From Pseudomonadota bacterium (GTDB lineage: Bacteria > Desulfobacterota > Syntrophorhabdia > Syntrophorhabdales > Syntrophorhabdaceae), in assembly GCA_026388315.1 (NCBI GenBank), contig JAPLKA010000037.1, positions 34,259-98,258 on the forward strand: a stretch of 64,000 nt of DNA, written 5' to 3'. Positions 47,503 through 59,543 of this stretch are shown here, piece by piece. Both the position numbers and the translations under genes were made by a program. Position 1 is the first letter of the stretch. Every line of letters begins with the position of its first letter. The notes under the pieces are model-generated. The model saw only the letters and a list, made by a program, of their open reading frames with translations, had not been told where the DNA came from and searched no databases.

Positions 47503-47700
47503 GGATAAGAGCGGATAAATTCTGATAAATGATATAATAATTTTTGGTCAGAATTATGGATAAACCGCAAATTCTGCCCAAACAGCATACCCTGCGGGTA
47601 GCTGAATATATGCGAAGCATGAGTATGGAACAGGGATTGCCGGTTTATCACAATGCCTGTTCCAAGAAAAACACATCCGCTGTTATCAGATTTTATCCCT
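47503..47700 (+). mobile_element. family A IR-bounded module, forward orientation
   Basis: ggataagagcggat (47503-47516) and atccgctgttatc (about 47687-47699) bracket the core at 47542-47616. The reverse complement of 47490-47541 also resembles 46214-46262. Confidence 0.45.
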
Positions 47701-47749
47701 GTTACACAAAAGAATCTGTGTTTTATCAAAGATAATCGGAGGAGATGCT

Positions 47750-48979
47750 ATGGTTAGTTGCAACGTGCCTTTTTATCGCCCGGAGATCTCTGATCTTGAG
47801 ATACAGGAAGTTGTTTCTACACTCAAGTCAGGATGGTTGACCACAGGCCCGCGGGTTCAGCAGTTAGAGAAAGACTTTGCTAAAATGGTAAGGGCAACTC
47901 ACACAGTGGCACTCAACTCGTGCACGGCTGCGCTCCATTTGGCCGTCGAAGCTCTTGGCCTTAAACGCGGCCAGGCTGTACTTGTGCCGACAATGACTTT
48001 TGCAGCAACAGCGGAAGTCGTTCGATATCAGGATGCCTTTCCGATCCTTGTTGATTGCGACAGCGCGACGCTCAACATAGACCTTGAGGATGCAGAGAGA
48101 AAGCTATTTGCAAGTTCAGAACTTGTGGACAAAAGATTTACCGAAGGCCTGAAAGTGGTGGGAATCATGCCGGTCCATGTGGGTGGGTTTATGGCAGATG
48201 TACAATCGTCAAAGGCTTTTGCTGCCAAACATTCTTTATGGATAGTTGAGGATGCTGCTCATGCGTTCCCCTCGGCCTGGAGGAGAAGCGAGACTGAAGT
48301 ATGGCAGCACTGTGGAGAAGGTACTGCAGATGTTTCCTGCTTTTCCTTTTATGCAAACAAAACGATCACTACAGGGGAAGGGGGGATGGCTGTAACAGAC
48401 GATGAAAAACTGGCTGAGCGGATCAGATTGCTCTCGCTGCATGGCCTGTCAAGGAATGCCTGGTCCCGCTATTCGACGGGAGGATGTTCGTGGGATTATA
48501 AAATAACAGCGCCAGGCTATAAATATAACATGACCGATATTGCTGCGGCTATCGGTATTCATCAACTCGCACGCGCAGAGGAGATGCACCAGCTCCGCGA
48601 AAAGATAGCATATCGATTCCTGGAAGCGTTTGCATCTGTGGATGAAATTGAGTTGCCCCCCTGTGATGTAAACAGGATTCACTCGTGGCATCTCTTTCCA
48701 ATAAAGCTTCGTCTCGAAAGACTCAAGATTGATCGAAACACTTTCATCAACCACCTCAACAGCCGGGGTATCGGCTGTTCCGTTCACTGGAGACCGCTCC
48801 ATCTCCATCCATACTATCAAGAAAGTTTCGGCTGGAAGCCGGAAGATTGTCCTGTGGCAACAAAAGTGTGGGAACGCCTCATCAGTTTACCCATTTTCTC
48901 TGATATGCGTGAAGAAGAAATTGACCATGTAATTTCCGTGGTTAGTGAATTATGCCGGGAACATGCAAAAATCATGTAA
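47750..48979 (+). CDS. DegT-family sugar aminotransferase (PglE/ArnB-like)
   Basis: VPFYRPEISDLEIQEV, GWLTTGPRV, VEDAAHAF and FSFYANKTITTGEGG. Confidence 0.85.
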   Translation: MVSCNVPFYRPEISDLEIQEVVSTLKSGWLTTGPRVQQLEKDFAKMVRATHTVALNSCTAALHLAVEALGLKRGQAVLVPTMTFAATAEVVRYQDAFPILVDCDSATLNIDLEDAERKLFASSELVDKRFTEGLKVVGIMPVHVGGFMADVQSSKAFAAKHSLWIVEDAAHAFPSAWRRSETEVWQHCGEGTADVSCFSFYANKTITTGEGGMAVTDDEKLAERIRLLSLHGLSRNAWSRYSTGGCSWDYKITAPGYKYNMTDIAAAIGIHQLARAEEMHQLREKIAYRFLEAFASVDEIELPPCDVNRIHSWHLFPIKLRLERLKIDRNTFINHLNSRGIGCSVHWRPLHLHPYYQESFGWKPEDCPVATKVWERLISLPIFSDMREEEIDHVISVVSELCREHAKIM

Positions 48980-49095
48980 CCTTTTTTTCCACAGACAAAG
49001 GCGGACAACTGCGGACAAGAGATTATGCTTTTTGCCCCGCCGACATTGGCGGGCCAAAACTCTCAGCCCTGACGGGCACGAGATAATGTAAAGCG

Positions 49096-49420
49096 ATGGA
49101 TATAAACGAGATTACATATATTATTAATGGTGCAGTATTTGAGGTGAACAGGGTTCTGGGCCCTGGTTATTGAACTTCATAAATTGGGTATTTCTGTTGA
49201 AGCTCAGGTTCCTGTTAAGGTCTACTACAAAGGCAATATAATCGGTGATTACATAGCAGATATCCTTATCGAAGAGAAAGTGATCATTGAACTTAAAACA
49301 GTAGAAAAAATTGATAAAATCCATGAAGCTCAGTTCATAAATTATTTAAAAGCAACAGTTACCAGTAGGACTACTTGTCAACTTCAAGCATCCGAAAGCT
49401 GAGATTAAAAGGATAGTATT
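49096..49420 (+). pseudogene. GxxExxY-family (PD-(D/E)XK-like) gene with internal deletion and frameshifts
   Basis: IINGAVFEVNRVLGPGY* comes first. ELHKLGISVEAQVPVKVYYKGNIIGDYIADILIEEKVIIELKTVEKIDKIHEAQFINYLKA follows in another frame. The expected tail LLVNFKHPKAEIKRIVF is in a third frame. Confidence 0.75.
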
Positions 49421-49558
49421 TACCTTGCCCGAAGGGCATGGGGGTTCCCTGCCGGCAAGGTCGCCGGCCGGGAAAGCATAAAACGTCCAGCTTTCGTCCA
49501 CTCTTGTCGAGCGAAGCGGGCGGCAAAAAACAGTCAGTAATGCAAGGACGGAACGTTT

Positions 49559-52500
49559 ATGAAAGAAAATCAAAGAGGCCTGCCACGATTCATTGAGGTG
49601 CCATCTGCGCTCGTTGGTCTTATCGCACTGTCTCCTCTTTTATGTTTTGGCGCTCTACTGGTTGCCTTATCTTCACCTGGCCCGATCCTCTTTCGACAGG
49701 TAAGGATTGGTCTTCATGGCAGAAAGTTCATGCTGTACAAGTTTCGAACCATGAAAGTAGCCGAATCTACATTGCAGATAACGGCGAAGGATGATGACAG
49801 GATCACCCGGCTTGGACGATTCCTCAGAAAGACAAAGATTGATGAGTTTCCCGGACTGTGGAATATCGTAAAAGGTGATATGTCTGTAGTCGGGCCTAGG
49901 CCGGAAGTCGAAAACTATGTGGATCTTAATGACCAGATCTGGAGGCAAATCCTTGCTGTTCGCCCTGGAATCACCTTTCCTATCACTCTGTTCCTGAGAG
50001 ATGAGGAAGAACTGCTTGCGCAGGTGAAAGGCGACAGAGAGGAATTTTACCTGAAAACCCTGCTGCCTCTCAAGTTACAATGCTATGTGGAATATATCAG
50101 GAGTAGAAGCGCCTGGAGCGATACCAAGGTCATTCTACAAACCATTCTTGCCGTTATCTTCCCCCATAGATCCTTCGATTTGCTGCAACACACAAAATTT
50201 GGAGAAAACAAAATACTTTTCCGAAAAGACAAAAAAGGGGGAAACGCATTATCCATACCCTCCACAATCAAACGGCCTATTTTTTGGGTGATGGTAGGGG
50301 CTGATACGTTATTGAGTATCGGGGCTTACTATATCGCTTATTGTATTCGTTTTGAAGGGTTTCCTCCCGCAGAGTATTTCTATGTGTTTGCGGTAACCGT
50401 TGTCTGGATAGTGCTGATCAAACTTATCTTTTTGCTTTACTTCAAGCTATATAGTGGCATGTGGAGGTACACAGGCGTACATGATCTGCTCAACCTTCTC
50501 AGGGCGCTAAGTATTAGTTCCGGTGTTATTTTGCTCGGTATGCTTTCGTTGTATAGGTTCGGCAGGTTTTCAAGAGCAGTTTTTCTGATCGATTTTCTTC
50601 TTAGCATAATTTTCCTTGGAGGCTACAGATTGGGAATGAGGCTCATGATCCCACACCTTGCGGATAAAGAGCTGAGAAATGAGCCCGAGATGCAAAAATC
50701 TCCGCAAAAAAGACTTGTTATTATCGGTGCGGGGAATGCCGGAGAAAAACTTCTCAGAGAGATCAATGAAAACCCGAGACTCAACTACGAAGTGGTGGGG
50801 TTCGTGGATGACAATGTATCAAAAATCATGCTAACTATCCACGGAGTACCGGTACTCGGGTCCCTTAAGATGCTCCCCTCTGTTGTAAGAGATTTTCGGA
50901 TCGATGAGATTATTATTGCGGTGCCATCAGCTTCTGCCAGAGAGATGCGGAAAATGGTCAGCTTCAGTAAGATTACCAATATGCCCTTCAAAACCATCCC
51001 GGGAATCGGGGAGTTTATTGAGGGCAAGGTGAGCGCAAGCGGAATAAGAGATGTTCGATATGAGGATCTTCTCGGCAGAGAACAAGTGGAAATCGACGCA
51101 AACGAAATTGGGCAGTATTTGACCGGAAAGAAGGTTGTGGTAACGGGTGCCGCCGGTTCCATTGGATCTGAGCTATGCAGGCAGATCGTAGCGTTTAAAC
51201 CCTCGTCTCTGATCCTTGTGGATCGAAATGAGTCAGGTCTTTATGAGTTGGAAATGGAATTCAAGGCTAACTTTCCAAAACTCAACATATTGCCGGTCCT
51301 CACTGCAATACAGAACAAACCTGTGATGCAAAAAACATTCGATCAGCACCAAGTCCAGGTAGTTTTCCACGCTGCAGCATACAAACATATACCCATGATG
51401 GAAGAACATCCCTGGGAAGCTGTCTTCAACAACATCATTGGAACACAGGTGTTATTAGAATTATGTATCGAGAACAACGTAGAGAGATGCGTCGTCGTCT
51501 CCACAGACAAGGCTGTGAGGCCATCGAATGTCGTGGGCGCGACAAAGAGACTTACCGAACTCCTCACTCAAGCATATGCGAAGAAAAACCATAGTAGATT
51601 CATTGTGGTGCGGTTTGGCAACGTGATAGGGAGCGCAGGTAGCGTTGTCCCCTTATTCAGGAAACAGATTGCTCAGGGGGGGCCGGTCACTGTCACTCAT
51701 AAGGATGCGACTCGTTACTTCATGACGATCCATGAAGCATGCAGGCTTATCCTTCAGACAGGGGCTATCGGGCACGGAGGAGAAATATTCGTCCTCAAGA
51801 TGGGCATTCCCGTTCGGATCGATGACCTTGCCAGAGACATGATTACTCTTTCCGGATTTAAGCCTGACGAGGATATCTACATCGAGTATACCGGGCTCAG
51901 GCCGGGTGAAAAATTTCATGAGGAGTCGAGAGCGGATGGTGAAGACGTTGTCCCGACGCATCACGAGAAAATTATGGTCCTTTCATCAGAAAAAGAAGTT
52001 AGCATCGGAAAATTGACCAGGGACATTGATGTACTTGTGCAACTTGCTGTTAGATGTGATGGACCTACTATAAAGAAGCAATTGGGTCAAATGATCGAAG
52101 AGTACAACCGTGAAGTTACGAAAAGCACTATTGTCCCTTCACCGAGTGATGAGATGAAAATCAGGGATGACCAGATGGCCGCATCTGACAGACACAGCGC
52201 ACGTATACTCGTGATAGACGACGAAAGAGAAATTGCCGACATGCTCGCCACATACCTTGATGCGGCTGGATACTCCACATGCACTGCATACAGTGGTACG
52301 GAAGGGCTTAGCGCAATAGTGAATGAACGGTTTGATGTCGTCATTACCGATCTCATGCTGTCTGATATGAGAGGCACGCAAATATTGGAAGCTGTAAAAA
52401 AGCAAAATAGAAAGACGGGCGTCATTATCATGACGGGATATACGACGATTGAATCAAATGCTGAAGCCATTCAAAAAGGCGCTCAAGATTTCATTTCCAA

Positions 52501-52573
52501 ACCTTTAAGCTTTGCCGAGCTGGAAACCATCATCGAAAGGACCCTTAGGGAGGCAGAGAGGGTTTATGAATAG
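49559..52573 (+). CDS. triple fusion: PglC-type phosphoglycosyl transferase + PglF/CapD-type 4,6-dehydratase + response-regulator receiver domain
   Basis: aa 1-200: PGPILFRQVRIG..KFRTM, DEFPGLWNIVKGDMSVVGPRPE and RPGITF (Bac_transf). aa 235-360: four TM helices. aa 390-860: VIIGAGNAGEKL, VTGAAGSIGSEL, STDKAV and RFGNVIGS (Polysacc_synt_2). aa 878-1000: ILVIDDE, VVITDLMLSD, IIMTGY and ISKPL (REC with all phospho-acceptor residues). Confidence 0.85.
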   Translation: MKENQRGLPRFIEVPSALVGLIALSPLLCFGALLVALSSPGPILFRQVRIGLHGRKFMLYKFRTMKVAESTLQITAKDDDRITRLGRFLRKTKIDEFPGLWNIVKGDMSVVGPRPEVENYVDLNDQIWRQILAVRPGITFPITLFLRDEEELLAQVKGDREEFYLKTLLPLKLQCYVEYIRSRSAWSDTKVILQTILAVIFPHRSFDLLQHTKFGENKILFRKDKKGGNALSIPSTIKRPIFWVMVGADTLLSIGAYYIAYCIRFEGFPPAEYFYVFAVTVVWIVLIKLIFLLYFKLYSGMWRYTGVHDLLNLLRALSISSGVILLGMLSLYRFGRFSRAVFLIDFLLSIIFLGGYRLGMRLMIPHLADKELRNEPEMQKSPQKRLVIIGAGNAGEKLLREINENPRLNYEVVGFVDDNVSKIMLTIHGVPVLGSLKMLPSVVRDFRIDEIIIAVPSASAREMRKMVSFSKITNMPFKTIPGIGEFIEGKVSASGIRDVRYEDLLGREQVEIDANEIGQYLTGKKVVVTGAAGSIGSELCRQIVAFKPSSLILVDRNESGLYELEMEFKANFPKLNILPVLTAIQNKPVMQKTFDQHQVQVVFHAAAYKHIPMMEEHPWEAVFNNIIGTQVLLELCIENNVERCVVVSTDKAVRPSNVVGATKRLTELLTQAYAKKNHSRFIVVRFGNVIGSAGSVVPLFRKQIAQGGPVTVTHKDATRYFMTIHEACRLILQTGAIGHGGEIFVLKMGIPVRIDDLARDMITLSGFKPDEDIYIEYTGLRPGEKFHEESRADGEDVVPTHHEKIMVLSSEKEVSIGKLTRDIDVLVQLAVRCDGPTIKKQLGQMIEEYNREVTKSTIVPSPSDEMKIRDDQMAASDRHSARILVIDDEREIADMLATYLDAAGYSTCTAYSGTEGLSAIVNERFDVVITDLMLSDMRGTQILEAVKKQNRKTGVIIMTGYTTIESNAEAIQKGAQDFISKPLSFAELETIIERTLREAERVYE

Positions 52574-52615
52574 TTCAATATCTGCGCCCTTAGGCAAGTA
52601 TTGGATAAATAGCTT

Positions 52616-55710
<3,095 letters not shown>

Positions 55711-55711
<1 letters not shown>

Positions 55712-55727
55712 TTGAGTAATTGAGTGA
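55711..55727. repeat. left arm of a perfect 17-bp inverted repeat (partner 57427-57443)
   Basis: attgagtaattgagtga is the exact reverse complement of tcactcaattactcaat at 57427-57443. Confidence 0.9.
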
Positions 55728-55784
55728 ATAAAAGCAAATATAATTCTGTGAGATATTATCAAAAAAGTTGAGAGCTGAAAGCTA

Positions 55785-58043
55785 ATGGTTAATTGCTATA
55801 TTTCAGAGTGGATTGATAAAATTATCCAGTACGGTATTCTGGCCGTGTGGGTTTTTCTCCCCCTTGCCTTTGGCTCTGTACATGTATGGGCCTATGTGTC
55901 GGCGGAGATTGCTGTATGGGTGCTGGTGGGATTGTCAGCTATCGGCTCAATGGTAAGAGCGCAGAGCGCAGGGCGCAGGGCGCAGGGCGCAAAAAGTATA
56001 CACACGCAGCGCGAAAGTGAATATTTCACCTTTCACCTTTCACCTTTCACCTTTCGCAATTTCTTCACCTGTCCTTTGCATATCTTCATGTTCATCGGGC
56101 TTGTGCTTGTGTTTATGCAAATCGTCCCCTTACCTTTACAGAAAATAAAGTTGCTTTCCCCGGAGGCCTTTGCATCCTATAAACGGGTATTTGATATTAT
56201 AGGCGGAAATATCCCTGAATGGATTCCATTGAGTCTGTTTCCCTATGCCACAAGGGTTGAGTGGTTTAAACTCCTCGCGTGTGTTGCCCTTTTTGAACTT
56301 GTCTTCTACAAGGTTACCGAAAGAAAAGATTTGCAGAGGCTCATCCTGGTCTGGGTTGTGATGGGAATATTTCAGAGTTTTTACGGCCTGCTGCAATCGA
56401 TTGACGCCGTTAAGGGTATCTGGTGGTGGAAAGACACTTTTGCTCAGGATCAATCAATTGGTACGTTTATCTATCGTAACCATTTCGGGACATATATGGC
56501 GATGCTGGTCCCGCTCTTTATCGGATTATTCTTCAGTGAAATAAACGGCGCCAGTCGTAAACTACGGCAAATACGCGAGGATATATCAAGGGATCAATTA
56601 ATTAAAACCTTGAGCGATATTTTGACAAAGACCATTCTTACAGGCCTTGTTGTTGTTTTTGTTGTAGTTGGTTTTGTTCTTAGCGGTTCACGCGGCGGAA
56701 TCATGGCATGTGCATCTGCATTTATCATTACCTCCGTGTTTTTGTGTTTCAGAAAAGATACAAGACGGTATGGTTTTGCCCTTTTGATCCTCTTCGGAAT
56801 GGTTGTTGCTTACAACCTCTATCTCACATTCGACCGAACTGTGGAGCGATTTTCATCTTCATCATCGGATGTGCAGGGCAGGATTGAATTTACAAAACAT
56901 GCATGGGAGATGTCGGAGAAGTTTCCGATAACCGGCAGTGGCTGGGGTACATTTGAGGAGTTATACAGACGTTATAAGCCGCCAACATCATGGAACAAAG
57001 CAGTTGACCATGCCCATAACGACTGGGTGGAGTTGCTTACAGAGACTGGGTGGGGAGGACCGGCCATTGCGCTCATAGCGTTCATTGTGTTCATCGTCAT
57101 TGTTTTTAAGAAATGGATGGAACAGGCGAACAGGCATTCACGGTGGTCAAAATGGGTAGGGTTCGGTTGTATAGTGGGTGTTATAACCCCGCTTATCCAT
57201 GCAACGGGCGACTTTGTATTACGCTGCCCGGCGGTTACTATGACATGGTTCGGGTTGATGGCAGTGACGTGGAATGTCGTTCATCTGAGAGAAGCTGTTC
57301 AAGGTTCAAGGTTCAAGGTTCAAGGTTCAAAGCAGGGAGCAGAAGCAGCGCATGGCGTAGAGCGCATGGCGCATGGCGCAACCACCAATCACTCAGTTAG
57401 TCAATCACTTAATCACTCTTCACCCATCACTCAATTACTCAATCACTCGATTACCATTATCTTGCTCATCGTGTTTGTAGCGTTTTATGCCTGGTGGGGA
57501 TGGTCGGTCATGAAGCATGGGATTGCACAGGCGTATGTGCCGACTGAAATAAATTCAACAATAAAAACCGAAAGGGTAATGGCAATTGACAAATTGCTGT
57601 ATGCATTAAATATGGAACCGGATAATGCAGAGTTATGGTTCAGGCTTGCAGAGGCTACTTCGATATTGCCGGACAAAACAGAACTTGACATGATAGATGG
57701 ATGGGTAAAAAAGAAAAAGATAGACATACATGGCGACAGGAATAACCTTGCCCTTTATGCAAATGCATTTCTCAGAGAGGCAATCACGAGGAATCCAACC
57801 AATCCGAAGCCTTTTGCCTATTTCGGTTGGATATATGGCTATTACGGAAGGTATGATTTTGCAGAAAGAGCTTTGTCCATGTCGATCTATTTAGACCCTT
57901 ACAATCCGGAGTGGTATTATCTGACAGGACTAATTGAGTATAACATGGGACTTACAGACATTGCGAAAACATTCTTCAAAATGGCAACAGAGATTGATCC
58001 GGAGTATAAGCGGAAAACAGTAATTGAGCAAGTAAGTGAGTGA
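55785..58043 (+). CDS. O-antigen ligase (Wzy_C) family membrane protein with C-terminal TPR domain and two in-frame repeat islands
   Basis: Multi-TM. SGSRGGIMACASAF, DHAHNDWVELLTETGWGG (Wzy_C signature). C-terminal TPR-like AELWFRLAEA, YFGWIYGYYGRYDFAERA and YYLTGLIEYNMG. Confidence 0.75.
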   Translation: MVNCYISEWIDKIIQYGILAVWVFLPLAFGSVHVWAYVSAEIAVWVLVGLSAIGSMVRAQSAGRRAQGAKSIHTQRESEYFTFHLSPFTFRNFFTCPLHIFMFIGLVLVFMQIVPLPLQKIKLLSPEAFASYKRVFDIIGGNIPEWIPLSLFPYATRVEWFKLLACVALFELVFYKVTERKDLQRLILVWVVMGIFQSFYGLLQSIDAVKGIWWWKDTFAQDQSIGTFIYRNHFGTYMAMLVPLFIGLFFSEINGASRKLRQIREDISRDQLIKTLSDILTKTILTGLVVVFVVVGFVLSGSRGGIMACASAFIITSVFLCFRKDTRRYGFALLILFGMVVAYNLYLTFDRTVERFSSSSSDVQGRIEFTKHAWEMSEKFPITGSGWGTFEELYRRYKPPTSWNKAVDHAHNDWVELLTETGWGGPAIALIAFIVFIVIVFKKWMEQANRHSRWSKWVGFGCIVGVITPLIHATGDFVLRCPAVTMTWFGLMAVTWNVVHLREAVQGSRFKVQGSKQGAEAAHGVERMAHGATTNHSVSQSLNHSSPITQLLNHSITIILLIVFVAFYAWWGWSVMKHGIAQAYVPTEINSTIKTERVMAIDKLLYALNMEPDNAELWFRLAEATSILPDKTELDMIDGWVKKKKIDIHGDRNNLALYANAFLREAITRNPTNPKPFAYFGWIYGYYGRYDFAERALSMSIYLDPYNPEWYYLTGLIEYNMGLTDIAKTFFKMATEIDPEYKRKTVIEQVSE
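55957..56056 (+). repeat. repeat island (GCGCAGG x4 ... CACCTTT x4) in the ligase gene
   Basis: Seen directly. It encodes RAQSAGRRAQGAKS..FTFHLSPFTF. Confidence 0.9.
57298..57450 (+). repeat. repeat island (GGTTCAA x4, GCGCATG, AATCACT, ATCACCC types) in the ligase gene
   Basis: Seen directly. It encodes QGSRFKVQGSKQGAEAAHGVERMAHGATTNHSVSQSLNHSSPITQLLNHS. Confidence 0.9.
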
Positions 58044-58267
58044 ATGTCATTCAACCCATAGGTTGGCAAATAACCAGAATCAGAGCAACAGCGAGGACAG
58101 TGATTATAGTCCCCCGCTCCCACTGGTGGAGTTTTACAGTATGCTTCCAGCCACAGTTACTGCAGTGGAATACCCTTCTCCCAAAATACTTTAGAAACCA
58201 TTCTTTAAAGCCCACCCAATTCTCATTGATTGCCAGTATTCATATATCTATTCCTGCTTTGCCCATC

Positions 58268-58798
58268 TTAATTTTCACCATCGTTCTTGAAATATTCATA
58301 ATAAATCTCACCAAGGGTATCGTGGAACCCCCAACCTATACCGTCAGTTTCTTCTACAATCTTCTCACAGCGTGTCATAAATCGTTCCTGAAGGCCGAGT
58401 TCAATAATATCCATCAATGCATCATCAAACATGTTTTCCATTTTCTCGTAAAATTCAGCATCAATATCGCCATAACTGTTAGTGAAGGCAACCCCAATCT
58501 CGACATAGAAAATCATCAGATCGAGGACCTGTTCATAGGGCACTTTCAGTTTCCTGAAATCAGATATGGCCTTTTCTGCTTTCGATAACCGGCACTTTCC
58601 AAACCCTCTGGTCGGAAAGAATTCATCATTTATCAGCTTCCGGTATTTTTCATATATCTCTAAAGTGCTCTCAGGGGTGAATTTCACCTGTAGATATTCC
58701 TGGACATCTTTGAAGGTTTTGTTCAGATCGAGGATTATTTCAATGAGTGCAGCTTCCGGTAAACCTTTCAAATGTTGCTTCAATGCGTTGATTTTCAT
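58268..58798 (-). CDS. hypothetical protein, DUF6155-like (recollection only)
   Basis: 176-aa acidic helical protein starting MKINALKQHLKGLPEAALIEIILDL. It is convergent with the glycan locus. Confidence 0.55.
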   Translation of the reverse strand: MKINALKQHLKGLPEAALIEIILDLNKTFKDVQEYLQVKFTPESTLEIYEKYRKLINDEFFPTRGFGKCRLSKAEKAISDFRKLKVPYEQVLDLMIFYVEIGVAFTNSYGDIDAEFYEKMENMFDDALMDIIELGLQERFMTRCEKIVEETDGIGWGFHDTLGEIYYEYFKNDGEN

Positions 58799-58851
58799 CT
58801 GGTTCTCCTGTTGGCGGCCATATATGTCTCACTTTTCCAGGTCTTGCAGAT

Positions 58852-59097
58852 TTATCCCTTTATCGTACATCCACATGATACAAGCCTCTTACCACAAAGG
58901 GCACATTGTTCCATATAACAGTCTTTATGATGGATTGCTCCGGGAACAACATGACATACCGAACACCTTTCTTTTTCATCTTCTGAATAAGGGGTTCGTG
59001 ATAATACTGCATGATTCTCGTATTCGATATAACCGTTAAAACAGGTTGTTGTTTTCAGGTCTTCTGTATCTTTACTACAATGTTTACATATGGGCAT
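58852..59097 (-). CDS. small Cys-rich putative zinc-binding protein
   Basis: 81 aa with CKHC, CSVC and CALC pairs plus CGC. It lies 53 nt upstream of the previous gene on the same strand. Confidence 0.5.
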   Translation of the reverse strand: MPICKHCSKDTEDLKTTTCFNGYIEYENHAVLSRTPYSEDEKERCSVCHVVPGAIHHKDCYMEQCALCGKRLVSCGCTIKG

Positions 59098-59543
59098 AGG
59101 GATTGTTCCTTGAGATATTTATCGGCAAGATTTGTTTACCTTACTGTAACGGTTTCAAAATAGCAAGACAGTTATTGTATATAGAAAAGATGTTTCTGAA
59201 AATGACAGTTCTATTTCTGTTTCTGGCCGGTGTATCCTGAAAAAGTTGGTTCCCTTCATGAAAATATACATATGAAATTATGCTAACTATACTATTAGTT
59301 AGTGGCAAAATCCATTAATTCCACATGGGTTTCATTATATTCTGCTCTGTTCTTCTGCGCCAGTTGCCGTTTCTGGTGAGAGGACTTTATTGCTCCAGTT
59401 GTTTCATATCCTGGTGAAGTTGTAATAGAAAGAGGAGAAATACCCGTCTCCATTCAAAAACAGGGAGAAAAACCGGGATATTAAAATTTTTATTGAATTA
59501 TTACCGCAAAAACTTGATAGGGCTTTGTTCATATCAGTATTGA

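Noticed and set aside
58040-58588. 182-aa plus-strand ORF after the ligase gene
   Set aside because: It overlaps the better minus-strand gene at 58268..58798 antisense and has hydrophobic, low-information composition. Its first part overlaps the convergent intergenic region.
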